From contig JAAPAO010000067.1 of assembly GCA_013115145.1 (NCBI GenBank), positions 1-64,000 on the forward strand: a stretch of DNA of 64,000 nucleotides. Direction: 5' to 3'. Each line of letters opens with the position of its first letter. Positions within the stretch are counted from its first letter, which is position 1. The notes under the pieces are model-generated. The model searched no databases and was not told the origin of the DNA. It worked only from the letters and a program-made list of their open reading frames with translations. Source of the stretch: Perkinsus chesapeaki ATCC PRA-425 (lineage: Eukaryota > Protista > Perkinsozoa). Positions 35,941 to 48,899 of this stretch are shown in pieces. The position numbers and the translations under genes were made by a program.

Positions 35941-38900
35941 TCACTCCCGTCCAAAGGCCTTTAGCTTCTCCAACAGCTCTTCATGTCGAGCTTCGATCCC
36001 ATGCCGGGACAGCTTGTTGGTGGCGGTTAAACATCTGACATCAGTGTTAAAGCATACCACATGCACCCAACACTGACTCAACTAGCATGCTGGAAAATTT
36101 GGGAAATACGAAAGACTTTCGATTTCTATGCCCGGACTGCAGTGAGAGCTCAGCAGCAGCAACCAGACACGAGAGGCTCGAAATTTCCCACTTGCTCCCC
36201 TTGCTAGGGTGCCTCCGCCCGGTGAAGAGATGCTCCAATAATGTTAATGGATGGAACACTCAGCCGAGATTCCGCAGATCTTCCAAGATATTGCCTATCG
36301 CGTATCGAGTTCCTTACTTGTTCTCAGGAGTCCATGGGTCATTCAACAATACCACCGCACATAGCTGCTCCAAAGGAGACAGCTTCCCGACCTTCCAGCA
36401 CTTCCTCAAAGAATCCATCACCTGCCCAGATTTGAACCACCATCACACCTTGGCCATTCGCCCTACCGCTTTGTTGGCCTCGGGCTTCCTGATAAGCTCC
36501 TCATAGGTGGCATATTGTACGTTTGCAGACTTTGCCCAATTAATAAGGTTATCCTTATTCACTTGAACCATCGCTACTGGCCTATCCAGGCCACCTAACA
36601 CCAACTCAGCTATCTCGAAACACAAGAAAATCGAAGGACCGGGCATTTTTCTCACTTTCCACCACGCAAGTTTCTTCTCACCTAGGCTGCTACTAAACGG
36701 AGTGTTCTAAAACTAAAGGATATTCCGACACTTGTTGACGAGCTGCTGCTGCTGCTGTTGCTGACCCATCCCCCACTATCCTACCATCGCCGTAACACAT
36801 TATACCGCCATTAACAGCATCAATAAAGGGCGAGCTGCCGTACACGAGTTCCATATTCTCCAAGGCTATGTACCTACAATGGGGAGCTTGACGCACAAGT
36901 GGTAATGGTGAACTCACTCTCCTCCGCGCAGCTTCACAAGATTCTTTACGCGGTCTATCAGCTGCAAACTGCCATCCGCGAGGAACTGCCCAACATCACC
37001 GGAGTAGAACCAGCCGTCGGGTTTGAACCTAATAAAAATGGTAAAGAAAAATCGCTTCGCTCCGCTAGCATACGCCTCTTTTGTCTTCTCCGGTAGTTTA
37101 TAATAGCCACTTGTCACACAAGGCCCGCGAATTAACACCTCACCGCGACCTGCCCAGAAATTGACCAGACGAAATCCACTAGACATACCTATAACCCGTT
37201 TGCCGTTAGCGGCCCTAGTATCCTTCGATAAGTATGGCTTCCCGTGACGGTCCAAGATCTCCGGCTCACCCTTGGCATCGAGGCAGGAACGGAGCTTAAT
37301 CTCAACACCAGGAATGGGCGGGCCGACTACTCCAGTGCGAAGGTCATCAACTCTGAAGACAGCAAAAATAATACTTCTAAATGGACCACTGCGCGAGACC
37401 GAGGCTGAAGGAAAATATAGTGGTCACTTTTTTATACGTACTAGGTATTGCTGCGCTCGAATACTCGTTGAATCTCTTCACTTACTAACGTGTATTTGAG
37501 AAAACGTTCCAAGGCGAGAGGGCGCGAGAATCGACCTCAATTCTACCCCCCCCCGAACCCCTGGGCTCGCCCGAAGATTAGCAGTGTAGTTGCTGCCTAT
37601 CACACTTCTAAACTTCAAGGAGATATTCGAAAGCATTATAAATTAGGATGACCTAATTTAACCCCGCCGACCGCCACTTACAACTGTATGGTCGATCCAG
37701 CGTTGGTCTCGGTAAGTCCGTAACCCTGAATTATTCGGCATCCGAAGGCCGTTCTTATCCACCTCTGCACATCGCCAGATAAGGGTCCACCACCAGACAC
37801 ACACAACCTGGCAATTAAAGCTTTTCCAGCCGACGACGCTCGATGAACTCACGAAATGCGACCTCCAAAGAGGGCCTTGAACTTAGAAAAGACAAGACGA
37901 TCGAATATAGGCGTAAATCTGCCATCTGAAAAATGGCATCAAATTCAACCAAACCAACCGCTATGTCACTTTCGATGGCCTTCGCTTTGGACTCGAACGC
38001 CGCATTGATCAGACTTCGCTTGGTTGCTGAAGAACACAATCGAAAGAGTGCTGCTGGTAAGTTCAAGGCTTACGAGATTCCGCGGCAATCTTGGCAAGTG
38101 CCCCTTTCATAATGACGTCATAGATCTTGGGCACCCCAATGAAGATATGCGGTTTGAACTCCTCCAAAGCTCCATGTGGCTTACTTAGAGTAACCGTCAA
38201 GCTCTCTGAGAAGGAAAGATCGAGCCAGATGCGATATTAAGAGCTTCCTCTACTGGGGTCGGCAAAGCCTATCCTGGCACCGGTGCTCAGACACCCAAGG
38301 TGAACTATGAGCTCGAAGATATGCGCAAGAGGCAGGTACCTGCGGAGGAAATGGATCGAGTAGCAACTCAGGTGTGTTGATTGATCAAAGGATGCCGGTG
38401 CTTCCGCCAGAGAGGAACGCATCCAGCGTCCCCATATCGATTCGAGATTCCGAAAGCACTGGTTGTAACCAAGTGGTTTCCGACCCTAGCCGTGACTAGC
38501 CCGGGGCTTACGAAATATGCGTGAAGTTGGCCGGCAGCCCGTGTAGCACCAGAGGTGTCACCGAGCGCATGCACGCCACTGTCTGACCGTGCTTTATTAC
38601 AACACCCTTCGGATTTCCAGTAGTGCCTGAATGATTACTGAAATCGACAAGAAAACCCGTCCAAAAAAGTCCCCGGAAATTCCCAAAGGCTATCGTACTG
38701 AAATCGACAAGAAACCCGTCCAAAAAAGTCCCCAGAAATTCCCAAAGGCTATCGTACTGAAATCGACAAGAAAACCCGTCCAAAAAAGTCCCCAGAAATT
38801 CCCAAAGGCTATCGTACTGAAATCGACAAGAAAATTCCAAGTCCGAAGGAAGCCAAAAAATATCCCATCACTGAGTGGTCACCTGAAGTATACATAATAA

Positions 38901-40719
38901 TAGCAACACTCTCCTTCTTTGGGGGCACTGGAGGGAACTCGCTCACTGCACTCTGACCACGTTTGAGGAGATCCTCGAAGCGAATGATCTCAATGCCATG
39001 GGTATCTGACAAGTGTACGGTAGTCAGTTACAAGTGGTATGAAACTAACTATGGACGATGTCTCTCTGTGGAGCAGAGAACTGGAAAACTTGGAATACGT
39101 GAGCATTTGTAGTTAATAACAATTGGTCGTATAGTAATTGATAGGACTTACTGAGCCCACCAGCTCACTCAAGTACTCATATAAATATAACGAATAGTCC
39201 AGCATTTCTACAAGGATTTTTTGATGCAAGTAACGCACAATAATCCATGACCCTTCTAGAGCCTATCAACAATTAAATTGACCTTCACCTTAACCACGTA
39301 AGGATAAGAAATATCCCAACAAACGGGTATACAGAACGCTTCGCGACCATTAAGCGACCTCCCTACGAAGCATATGGCATATCCAAGACGGGCCGTACCG
39401 AAACGAAACGCACTACTGCTAGTGTTAGAGTGACGCCAAATTGACTAATAACTCTTCAACATTGCTTACCATCGATCTCCAGTGGTCTGAGTCTGTCCTT
39501 TTTCTCCACACCTTCATCAGTGTAAATGATATGCCTCAGGGATGGCATTGTATCACGAGCAGCTATAACTCCAGCAACCTATTATCAATAATTTCGTGGC
39601 GCAGTGACGAAATTCAGCTTACATTCTTCCTGTTACAAAGCAGAGTCGTGCCCTGACCTTCCATGAAAGCCTGTGCCACCGCGTCAGGTCCAAGTGTGCC
39701 TGGGGGTGAATCTTTCCGAGTGAGTTGGCCTCCTCAGTTACTTACCGTAAATAGTCATGACCACCATGCTCTGCGACCAAGCTCCCAAAGCTGCTGTGAT
39801 CCACTCGGCACAGGTGTCCTCGAAAATAACTAGGGAGATCGGACCGGTCTGAAATACAGAGACCCCCTGCAATAGAAGCCAAGTTTATCCTTCATCATTT
39901 ATAGCATTGATTTCAAAAGTTGAATCTTTCATCAAGCCAGGAGATCATCGCAATGGTTTTCGATATCATCAACGGGAGAATCCTGAGGAGCTCTTGAAGC
40001 GCCGTGAATGTCGTTTAATATTCAAGAAAGCTTATTTCGAGTAAGCTTAGTGAGTATCACCCGACCTTACCAATGTGTCAACATCTCCAACATGTGGCGG
40101 TTGGGGGTTGTTGCCAATACAACGAAGACCGGCTCCAAATGCCAATACTCTTTTTTGAACTTGACGATATGTACCTGAAAACCGCAGTATTGGAATATCA
40201 AAGTCAATCTTACGCCATGTAGTCTTGCCGAACTCCTTGCCAGGTGCTGGCTGGCCCATGTCAACGAACCGCAGTAGCTCTCGAGTGCCTTGGCACTGAG
40301 CTTTACTGTGACTGAATAACAACAGTGTATCAGAGACCAGCCATAAAGCTCGGAAGGTATCAGCTGACGCTCCAAGTCGGTAAGATGAAACGTGAGAGCG
40401 GATTCATTAACTTACGTTTTAGCAGCAAAGGTGAAGACATCATGGAGCGACTGAGCTGAGGGGTCCCACGGCAGACCCTCTCCTCGAGCCGACATGCCAG
40501 TGCGACATCTTGCTGGAGCTTCCTAAAATGCCCCAAGCAAGAATTGAACCGAGGGTCTTTGGATACCGAGCCTACCGTATTGCCAGGATCGGGATAGGGG
40601 CTGGGCTCTGAGTTGGACATCGTTGCTGGATCGGTTGGTCTGAAGGCTGAACGTATGGGACCAGCGGCGGGTACGGCCCAAGTGAGGTAGTCGAGACCCT
40701 TCACGAGCTCACCGATCAT
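35941..40719 (-). CDS. Long-chain acyl-CoA synthetase (AMP-binding, ACSL/LACS-type), multi-exon
   Basis: AIIMYTSG|TTGNPKGV (A3 loop), [59 protein letters not shown] and [14 protein letters not shown]. Confidence 0.92.
38636..38834. repeat. ~60-bp intronic tandem repeat, 3.3 copies
   Basis: Units TACTGAAATCGACAAGAAAACCCGTCCAAAAAAGTCCCC(G/A)GAAATTCCCAAAGGCTATCG of 60, 59 and 60 bp plus a partial copy, in the intron splitting YTSG|TTG. Confidence 0.95.
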
Positions 40720-42465
40720 TTAGAGGAGATTACAATAACTACAATATGACTGGAGCATTTCAGAGGGAGACGTTAAGTGAAGGGAATGCGAAATATAGCG
40801 AGTGAGAAGCTACTTGAACGATGAAGCGGAGGAGTTATCATAAGATATGATTCACAATGACACACAGTACAATTTTCTCGAGTCCAAATGTTATTGAAGC
40901 TACTTGACTTTGGAGTCAATTGAACAACCCACGGAGTATCATTCGAGTTCGACACCATAATCGGCAGATATTTCATCTCGCCGATCAGAAAGATACTTAT
41001 TAGCTCAGAATGATGTTCCCTAGCATGCCTTCGCTACTATTACTATGCAAGTCATTTCAAACCAGTAGTGAGTGCTCCTTTCTTCAACTGGGAAAAATCA
41101 ATTTTTATATATTGGGCGCGCGCTAGTTTCCTGCGCAGGCGTACGCGTTTGGACGGCTGTCCTGTTTCGCAACGTGTCACGGTCCCACAGGCACCTTATC
41201 TTGGGGATAGGTACCAGGTGCCTTGAGGGGCCGGGTCACCTATTCCACACCTTGCCCTCTACGCACTTTGCCTCGTGAGACTCACTCATAATCGTTGGAT
41301 AAAAAGGCGACCCTACGTCTCCAGCGAGTGAATAATGTTAAACATAGCAAAATCGGTCGATCCTTGATCTATGTTGTTTGTGTACATTTAAATACAGGTT
41401 AAGTTGGATTCCGGAAACATGGGACACACAGCGGAACTCGCGAAGCATGAGCGCACGCGTGACACGTGTTGAGGACGCCACTGGGGCAGCAAGCACTGGA
41501 GGCCCCCGGCCCCATGCGATTAGCGCATGGGGCACCGGGTGTCGGCACCCCACAACCCAAACCGAACATAAGACCACCCGGCTGCGGTATGCACGGGTTA
41601 CTTAACTCTTGAAATGCCTATAGTCAGCCCTCAGCTGCAAAGCAGGTCCACGTGCGATATGCGGTTAAATTTAATTAAACGCTGCGAGAAATTACCTCCC
41701 TTAATGCCATTCAACAGACTATTTTCTCGAGGCTGGTTCAATCCGTTCAGGTGAACGTGGTCATAAAACTTGTGGCCCAATTGAGAAAGGCAAGCGATAG
41801 ACATTTTAACATCGCTACGGTTATTCTACGACTTCTAGTGGACACAATTGAAGTCTCGCGCTTGCAGGAGCGCATTGGATCTCCAAGACGTCGATCTCTT
41901 TGGAGGATAGGAGAGAATTCTCCCAGCCGCGAAGCATGTACAGAGTCACTATCTTGGACAAACGTCATGGGTTTCTGACGTTCTCATTGAATTGATGCCA
42001 AACAAGGACTGCGATCGAGAACACTTGTAAGGGATGCTATTTGGGTGTTCCGTTATGCTTCACAGTTAACACAACAGTTAGGAAGATACCCAACAATAAT
42101 GATATGTAACAAGAGCAATCACCGGACAATTAGCTAAGGCGGTAGTTATTGTGTAGCTAGAATCATATGAGTGTGCAGGACCTGCACCTGGTGTATGTCT
42201 GGAAATACAACGCGCCTCCGGTCATGCCACAAAACGAAGTTACTTCATACTTATTGAGACTCAACTCGAGAATTCATTTAACCAGAGAATTTCTTTGACT
42301 AAAGAGATGTAGAGCCTGTGTCTAAATGGCCCATTTTGAAGTCACGCTTGTACGGAGCGTGTTTTTGTCTCTGACATTCGCTATAATAATAGATGTGGTA
42401 ATGAGAAGAATAAATGTAGCGTAAAGCCACAAGGACACCTTACTACGCTGAGCGTAGCACAACGA

Positions 42466-44784
42466 TTAGGACTCGTCTAATCGAGCAAAAGATACTTTAT
42501 GTAATGAAGCATCGAACTGAGTATAATAGTTCCTGAAATAAGGCTTACCAAGGAACCACTTATCTCTGTGATCCGGATGCAGAATTTCGCCAAAGAGAAC
42601 CCTGCAAGTACCACAATCAATAGTACTAGGAGCTGTATAATCTTCTGGTTTGAATGTAATTTTAACCTCACCTCCGCCATAACGTTGTAACACTATATGT
42701 ACATCCGGTAACTTCTTAACATCTTTACATAAAACCGTCCACCCTTGCTTAGCGTCCTTAACTTCTAGCTTATCCAACGTAGCCTTATTCAGAGCACTGG
42801 CCATCTCGTCTATGAGGTTATCAAGAGCATATGTTGGAGCATATATTAGTGGATAGGCACTGGCGAACCCAACCTCGCTGAAGTCTTTCACCTTACCAAA
42901 CGGTGTGGATTGCCCATTTCTAGTAGTATAACCTCGTATACCATTGACCCTAGGCCAAGTGCTGTTGTCAATTGGTCTTAGTGCACTACTCAGCTTACCT
43001 TCTGTAAGTGAGGGAGGGAGTCTAAACCCACCGAGAGAAAGGATCCCGAGGGCGTCAGTGGGCGAACGTTGACCATAGATAGAGAACTGTTTATGATTCT
43101 CTAGAGGTAGTTTACTCATTTGAGACAGTAGTGAAGGTCCTAGTAGTGACGTATCTGGGAAGGCAAGTCCAAGAGACTGGTAACCATTAGGATAGGCGCT
43201 GGATCCAAACTCTGAAACCGCAGTTATTGGAATCTTCACCGAAGTTGCTCCAATGGTCACGTAAGTGCCCTCGAGCGAGTAAATAGAACGATTGGTTAAC
43301 ATAGGATCTGTGTATTGTATTGGTACCTTATTTGGACAGTCGTGACTGTTGAGCGCTGCCGTGCAGCTATAGCACTCCTCCGGACGGCCACAACCTTCGC
43401 TCAGGATCGTCTTATCCAGGAGTATGATAGAATCCACCGAAGTATCAGCAACAACGTTGAGAGGTTGACGATCCACTGTTAAAATAGTTACCATGTCGTA
43501 GTCCAGAGCAAGTTGGATAGAGCCGTAGAGGGACGACGGCTTGGACTTCTGGTTGAAGTAGATCCTATTCTTTGGTTTGAACGAGAACGCCATATTATTA
43601 GCCCGGAATGCCGGCCAACCCAAAATAACATATGGCCTGTTATTATTTTGATTCAGTCTGGTAAAACTATCATCTTTAGGAGCACCGAATAGCCATCTAC
43701 ATCTACCATCACGTTTGTCGCCCAAAGGCATGACAGTTGCCCAATTCGGGATCAGAAAGCTCCTGGTGGTTGATCCGTGAGCGAAGAAGACAAAGTTGAA
43801 CTCCCAGTCAGGTAAATCGTCCACCACTTCACATGGGATAGTGTACCCTTCGATGGCATCTTCGACCGCAATCTTGGTCAAAAAGTGCCCTGTCCTTTTG
43901 AGAGCATCATTCACAGCCTTAATGTATTTAGAGTACAGGTCCTCACTTCTAACATAAACCAGCGGTGCCCCGGAAACGATACCACAGAATGGAGCAACGG
44001 GTCCGTGGTTCCACCCGGCACTGGCATATAGTGTCCGGGAATTGCCGCCAAAATTGGCAGCTACAGAACCAGCCGAACCCATGTAGTGACTTTGGCGAAG
44101 ATCCTTGAAGAGCTTCCTGAGATCCTCGTGGAAGTCAAATGCATCATTCTCAAAGAAGCCCTCCTTTTCGGGGTCGAGGCCATATTTTACACTTCCCGGT
44201 GGACCAAGCGGAGAGTCTGCCGAGAAAATGCCGAATGCACAATGTTCAGCGAGCTTATTGGGCGCACCATAGAGTTGCTCGAAGAATAGCCCTTCGGCGG
44301 TGCTTTCCTTCCCTTGTACGCCAGCAAAGCCAAGACCAAACCTAGTGTCAACAGGGCTCTCAACCCCCGGTCTTTTGTCATCAGGCTCCAAGTATACGAT
44401 ATGCTGTATATTCATACTCTTCGTTTTGTTACCATCTAACGATACTTCAGCGGTAGTATCAGCAAAACGCTGGGCATAACCATAGTACCCAGAATCGGTT
44501 GCTGCAGTAATTGGAGCTCGGGGGCAACGCTCATAACAGTTGTAGCACTTGTCGCCCGAGCAAGTGCGTTCGTGACCAAAGGCTCCTCGTGGCTGATGGG
44601 TATGAAGCCTTACCGAAGGGGCACCGGTATCGACAGTCCCAAGTACAATCTGGCCGTCGAACATGATGGTCGAACGGAAATCGTAGGTTAAAGGCAAGGA
44701 TACTTGGCAGTCTACCAGCAGCATCAATGTCGACCCACACAGAAGGTACCAACACAAGGTGATAGAGTATAATGAGTGTTCCAT
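42466..44784 (-). CDS. Intronless secreted protein with two tandem pepsin-like (A1) aspartic protease domains, probably catalytically impaired
   Basis: Signal-peptide-like MEHSLYSITLCWYLLCG. Domain 1: VDTG / IVSG-APLVYV / ILGWPAFRANNMAF. Domain 2: ADTS / FASAYPLIYAP / WFLGKPYFRNYYTQFD..VSFA. Confidence 0.85.
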   Translation of the reverse strand: MEHSLYSITLCWYLLCGSTLMLLVDCQVSLPLTYDFRSTIMFDGQIVLGTVDTGAPSVRLHTHQPRGAFGHERTCSGDKCYNCYERCPRAPITAATDSGYYGYAQRFADTTAEVSLDGNKTKSMNIQHIVYLEPDDKRPGVESPVDTRFGLGFAGVQGKESTAEGLFFEQLYGAPNKLAEHCAFGIFSADSPLGPPGSVKYGLDPEKEGFFENDAFDFHEDLRKLFKDLRQSHYMGSAGSVAANFGGNSRTLYASAGWNHGPVAPFCGIVSGAPLVYVRSEDLYSKYIKAVNDALKRTGHFLTKIAVEDAIEGYTIPCEVVDDLPDWEFNFVFFAHGSTTRSFLIPNWATVMPLGDKRDGRCRWLFGAPKDDSFTRLNQNNNRPYVILGWPAFRANNMAFSFKPKNRIYFNQKSKPSSLYGSIQLALDYDMVTILTVDRQPLNVVADTSVDSIILLDKTILSEGCGRPEECYSCTAALNSHDCPNKVPIQYTDPMLTNRSIYSLEGTYVTIGATSVKIPITAVSEFGSSAYPNGYQSLGLAFPDTSLLGPSLLSQMSKLPLENHKQFSIYGQRSPTDALGILSLGGFRLPPSLTEGKLSSALRPIDNSTWPRVNGIRGYTTRNGQSTPFGKVKDFSEVGFASAYPLIYAPTYALDNLIDEMASALNKATLDKLEVKDAKQGWTVLCKDVKKLPDVHIVLQRYGGGEVKITFKPEDYTAPSTIDCGTCRVLFGEILHPDHRDKWFLGKPYFRNYYTQFDASLHKVSFARLDES

Positions 44785-47001
44785 TGGTGGTAGAACCAAA
44801 GTTGAAACTAAAAAGGACGCATTATGTAATGTACTGCACAAGGAAGCACAGCTCACCGCGCCTTAAGCTCAGCTAGCTATCGCGTAGCTTTCTCGAAGCT
44901 TACTGACCCCCGTAAGGTGCGGCGCGATGTGGAGCGATATAGTATATTCAGTTCTTCACCCAACTCGCGTCAGACCGCTATCCTGCCAATAGCAGGGCAC
45001 CAAAACACATTGGCTAGCGAATCATCTAGTGATTTGTACCCCTCAGAGATCAAGCTGTTAGTGATGTGTCTGACTCAGTTTATTTGTTGATATGCGTGTG
45101 CGCCCTGTAGTTGTACGCATACGCATAGCTAAGTCGGTGCAAAAGGCTCCCTTGATGGTTAAGCTCGGCTTTCATTTATCTCTAACTTGAGTTACACCAG
45201 GGCGACTCCTCTTCCCCTCCCACTACTGGTCCCTTAACTGCTCAACCTTTACACAAGCTTACGAGTGAATGAAAGTTGAGAAACAGAAAACACGGTACAA
45301 TGCATGACAAACGTGTCACAGTCGTGTGACGCGAAATCCTGCTGAAGCAACCTACAATATTGCCCCATGCTTAGTACCAGCTCGAGATGACACTGTGTTT
45401 CCCGAGTTTAATTGTTCGTATAACAATGACATGAATTCTCTAAATTTCCCACTCGGGTCAATATCCGAATCACTTCCACGTTGCGGGACCTCTGCAAGCA
45501 GCAGACTCGATAAGTGCATGCGTGTCGATTGCAGCGTTACCACGCTCCATGCTCTAGGATTTAAATGATTATCAAAGATGGATAACTACACCGGCGCGTC
45601 AGTGTAATGATTAGATGTAAGATTGCTAGGTCTTATGCTTCGGACACAACAGGTATATCCTTTCCTCGTTGAGTGAGCCTAAGTTTCAGCTAAATTTAGC
45701 CAAGACGCATGATTCGAGCCTTCTATCGAATGCAGCATAATCAGAGTTACGCGCCTTGTGCGAACAGTTTGTTGGATTTCGTACACTGTATGAATCACTG
45801 GCTGATTTACCACTCATCACATGTCTAGCTGTCCGCAATCGACCTTGCCTGGTTAAACACTTCCCTCGACACCACTCAACTCCATCGGCGCGTACATTTA
45901 CGAACCCGCCTAAGCTATTTTCGAGAAATTCGGCTAGGCTCGTCGACGGAGGTGAATCGAGGAGTGGCAAGGCGGCCCGAGATTATAGGGCCTTCGCTAT
46001 TAGCACGAGTAGCTATTCTATATTGTATTTGCCTCAATAATGTCGGCTAATTCAGAGTCTGAATTTCAAACAGTCCAATTATTAAAACAACTACGCTACC
46101 TGTAAGGCCTTTAAATCTAGCCAAGTTGACACAAGGGTATGGATGGATGGTACGGAACGTGGAGTAGGGCAGTTAATCAGATCCCAGGGAAGGTTCAATC
46201 ACGTATTAACCACACCAGCATCGCGCGCTTCGGACGGCTCTGCTCCCCTGGAGGCAGCAGGGGCGGTCACACAGCTCCCTGAAGATATAGAGAAGCCCTC
46301 AATTTGAAGATCGCATTGGCGACGCCAACTTGGCGTCTCGTGAAGTAGAACGTATCTCAAAGTCTCCACAGATTGGCATCATTACTAATGATTCATTATT
46401 CGGTGCTTCGAGTCGGTGGTGAGCGGAGATCTTGTCCATTTTCGCAACCTAGATACGTCGGCCCTCTCAAACAATGGGGCCCATTGAATGGGCTCTCTAT
46501 TATCAGTAGGGAGTTAATACAGTAGTAGGCTACTAGGGAGTCCCTAGTTCCGAGATACTCTTGGAAGTGATACGCGGACCATCTCCTACAGCAGTGACTG
46601 TCAAATGCTTCTTAGGAGCGTGACTGCTGATGCAGTCCGCTTCAAGTTCAATAGGCTTCAATAGGCTTAGAGTCCTACTCGCCAAGAGTCACTCTTGTCA
46701 AGAGCTGCAATATCTTCATAAATCTTTATAGGCTCAACGTCAGATTTGCTTCCTGGTCTAAGCGCCAGGTCAAACCCTGAACGCTATTCTGTCATCTAAT
46801 CGGAACGGACTGTTCCCTCCATGCGGGATTGAATGTACCCTTCCTGTTCCCTATGCCTCTTCACGCAGCCTTCTCATTAGCTAGCTGAAGTTACTAACTG
46901 TCTTCACCCGCCTCATTATACTCAATCTCGCTCACACCTGTATAGCATCCGCTACAGATGATCTGTACCAGAGCCTTTTGTAGGGAGAAGGTAATGTGGG
47001 C

Positions 47002-47048
47002 TCCTTTTGATCATCGGGGAGAATGATTCTCCCCGATGATCAAAAGGA
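47002..47048. repeat. Perfect 23+1+23 bp palindrome
   Basis: TCCTTTTGATCATCGGGGAGAAT-G-ATTCTCCCCGATGATCAAAAGGA. Confidence 0.95.
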
Positions 47049-47501
47049 TTCTCCGGAAATCTGTAGTTTACAGACTGTATATGACTTTGCTTTTTTAAGT
47101 TGAAACGGAGCCCAATTTGACAAATCGAATTTGTGTCTTAATGACCTGGTACAGTACCAGGAATGGCGTCCATTGGAATACCTACCGAAAGTGGAGATAC
47201 TCTCCTTATAGCAGGATAAGGTGATGAGGGAGCGGTGGTGTTTGAGGAAGGCAGATGTAGGCGAAAATACTTTGAAGACGAGGGGATGGATGTAGAGGGC
47301 AGCATAAGAAGACTGAGGATTTAGGGCACTGAAGCAGCTAGATCTTATTAGGAATTAGATAAATGATGTACTTTCACAGGGAATCGAACAATGGACCTTT
47401 CGATTGCCTCCATTGATCAGCTTTGAAGACTGCATGGCAATCGCTATTTTTCTTCCCACCAGCCACCCTTATTCTCATCCAAGCCGGCCCTACTTTAGGC
47501 T

Positions 47502-48685
47502 CTAAAGTTTAGGGCCGCCTTGGATGAGATTAGCGGGTTTAATTCTTAAGGGCACCTGAACATCTTCCTGGAGTCCAGGAATCCTGGTGCCCGAGCGCCT
47601 ATCTGATGAGGTTGCGAGCAGCTTCGGAGTCGGCTTCGTCTGAATGCGTCCTCCGAGAATCATTCTCGGATGAGTCACTCCTGAGAAGGAATCGAGCAAG
47701 ACCGAAAAAGTGTTTCTTCGGCACACGATGCTCTCGGCGTGTTTCAATGGAAAGCCTTCTTTATCAACCCTTTACCATGTATCCTGATGAGTGTAAGAGT
47801 TGTCCAACCGCTCTTCTGTAGCCGCATCTCACTGATGTATTAATATGCGTGAACTTATTAAGTACGTATACTGCGGTATCGTCGTGGTTAAACCACGGTG
47901 GTTCCTAGAGTTTCATCATACTATGAACTATGCTATGCTATGAACTGTTCATACTATGCTCTCCCACAGTTGGGTTGAAGTGGGACGTATATGTTGGATA
48001 AAATGGTACAGGATGATCACCTTTGAAAAGCTTTTCTCTTCTGAAACGACAGCAAAACTGTTAAGCTGGATGAAATAACAATGAATGAAGTAATGATGGA
48101 TCAGCAGATACAATGGCACCACTGGACCAACTGGCCACTGGACGTAATTGTACTGGATCAGATGAGATCCACTCAATCGATTCTGCTCGGTCACATGAAG
48201 CTACGAGTCCTTGCATTCCCCCTACTGCTGTGGTCGGTCGCAGGTGTGGCGCTCTTTGCGCGAATAACCTAATTGAGCACGCGTACGGTCACCGTACTGC
48301 GGTGTAAGTCGCGAAGGGAAGATTCGCCGGAATCTTTTATCCGTGCTGTTGGTTCACCTACGCTTCATTATTCCTCCGAGGTCTCGAGTCATTAGTAAGT
48401 ACCTCGACATATTGTACGTCGAAGCTGTATTGCCTGCCCCGCTGAGCACTACTTCGTAAAAAGCCTTTGGGATTGCGTTACCAGAGTCACCCATCGTCTA
48501 CCGACAGTACCAATCGACGTCGCGAGCACGACTCCGCCCACAACATGCCTAATTTGTGTCGAATCGTGCGAATTATCATTGCTAGTGCGCAAGTTGTTAT
48601 TGCGCTGATTACAGCGGAGCGAAACACATTCAAAGTTGTGGTTTACGGGTCTCTTCCACAAGCAACTCACCCATGAACATGACAA
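47502..48685 (-). CDS. Possible hypothetical spliced gene, divergent from the men fusion
   Basis: Open minus-strand segments with splice-like borders, e.g. HVVGGVVLATSIGTVGRRW, LFAQRAPHLRPTTAVGG and RLSIETRREHRVPKKHFFG. No known motif. Confidence 0.25.
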
Positions 48686-48899
48686 CTTGACGTAAAATCG
48701 TTTACCACCGAAACCCTAGAGTGGATTCGATGGTATTTAGGTGATTTTTCTCGTGACGTTTTGCGCTTCGTATGGCGGCGCAAAACAGCGCCATTTAAAT
48801 CTGCAACTGTTCCCTTGCTGTATATCACATTCATATGAGTGTCGCGTTTACCTCTTAATTGTGGTCATTGCTTATGGTCTTTCTTGGTTTGTTGTAGAG

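Noticed and set aside
35941-40719. Acyl-CoA synthetase as MenE (OSB-CoA ligase) of a men cluster
   Set aside because: Motifs ([33 protein letters not shown]) and length are those of eukaryotic long-chain acyl-CoA synthetases, and it lies 8 kb away on the other strand.
44900-47500. Possible degraded transposon in the long gene-free stretch
   Set aside because: No RT, integrase or transposase motifs, terminal repeats or target-site duplications could be identified by eye.
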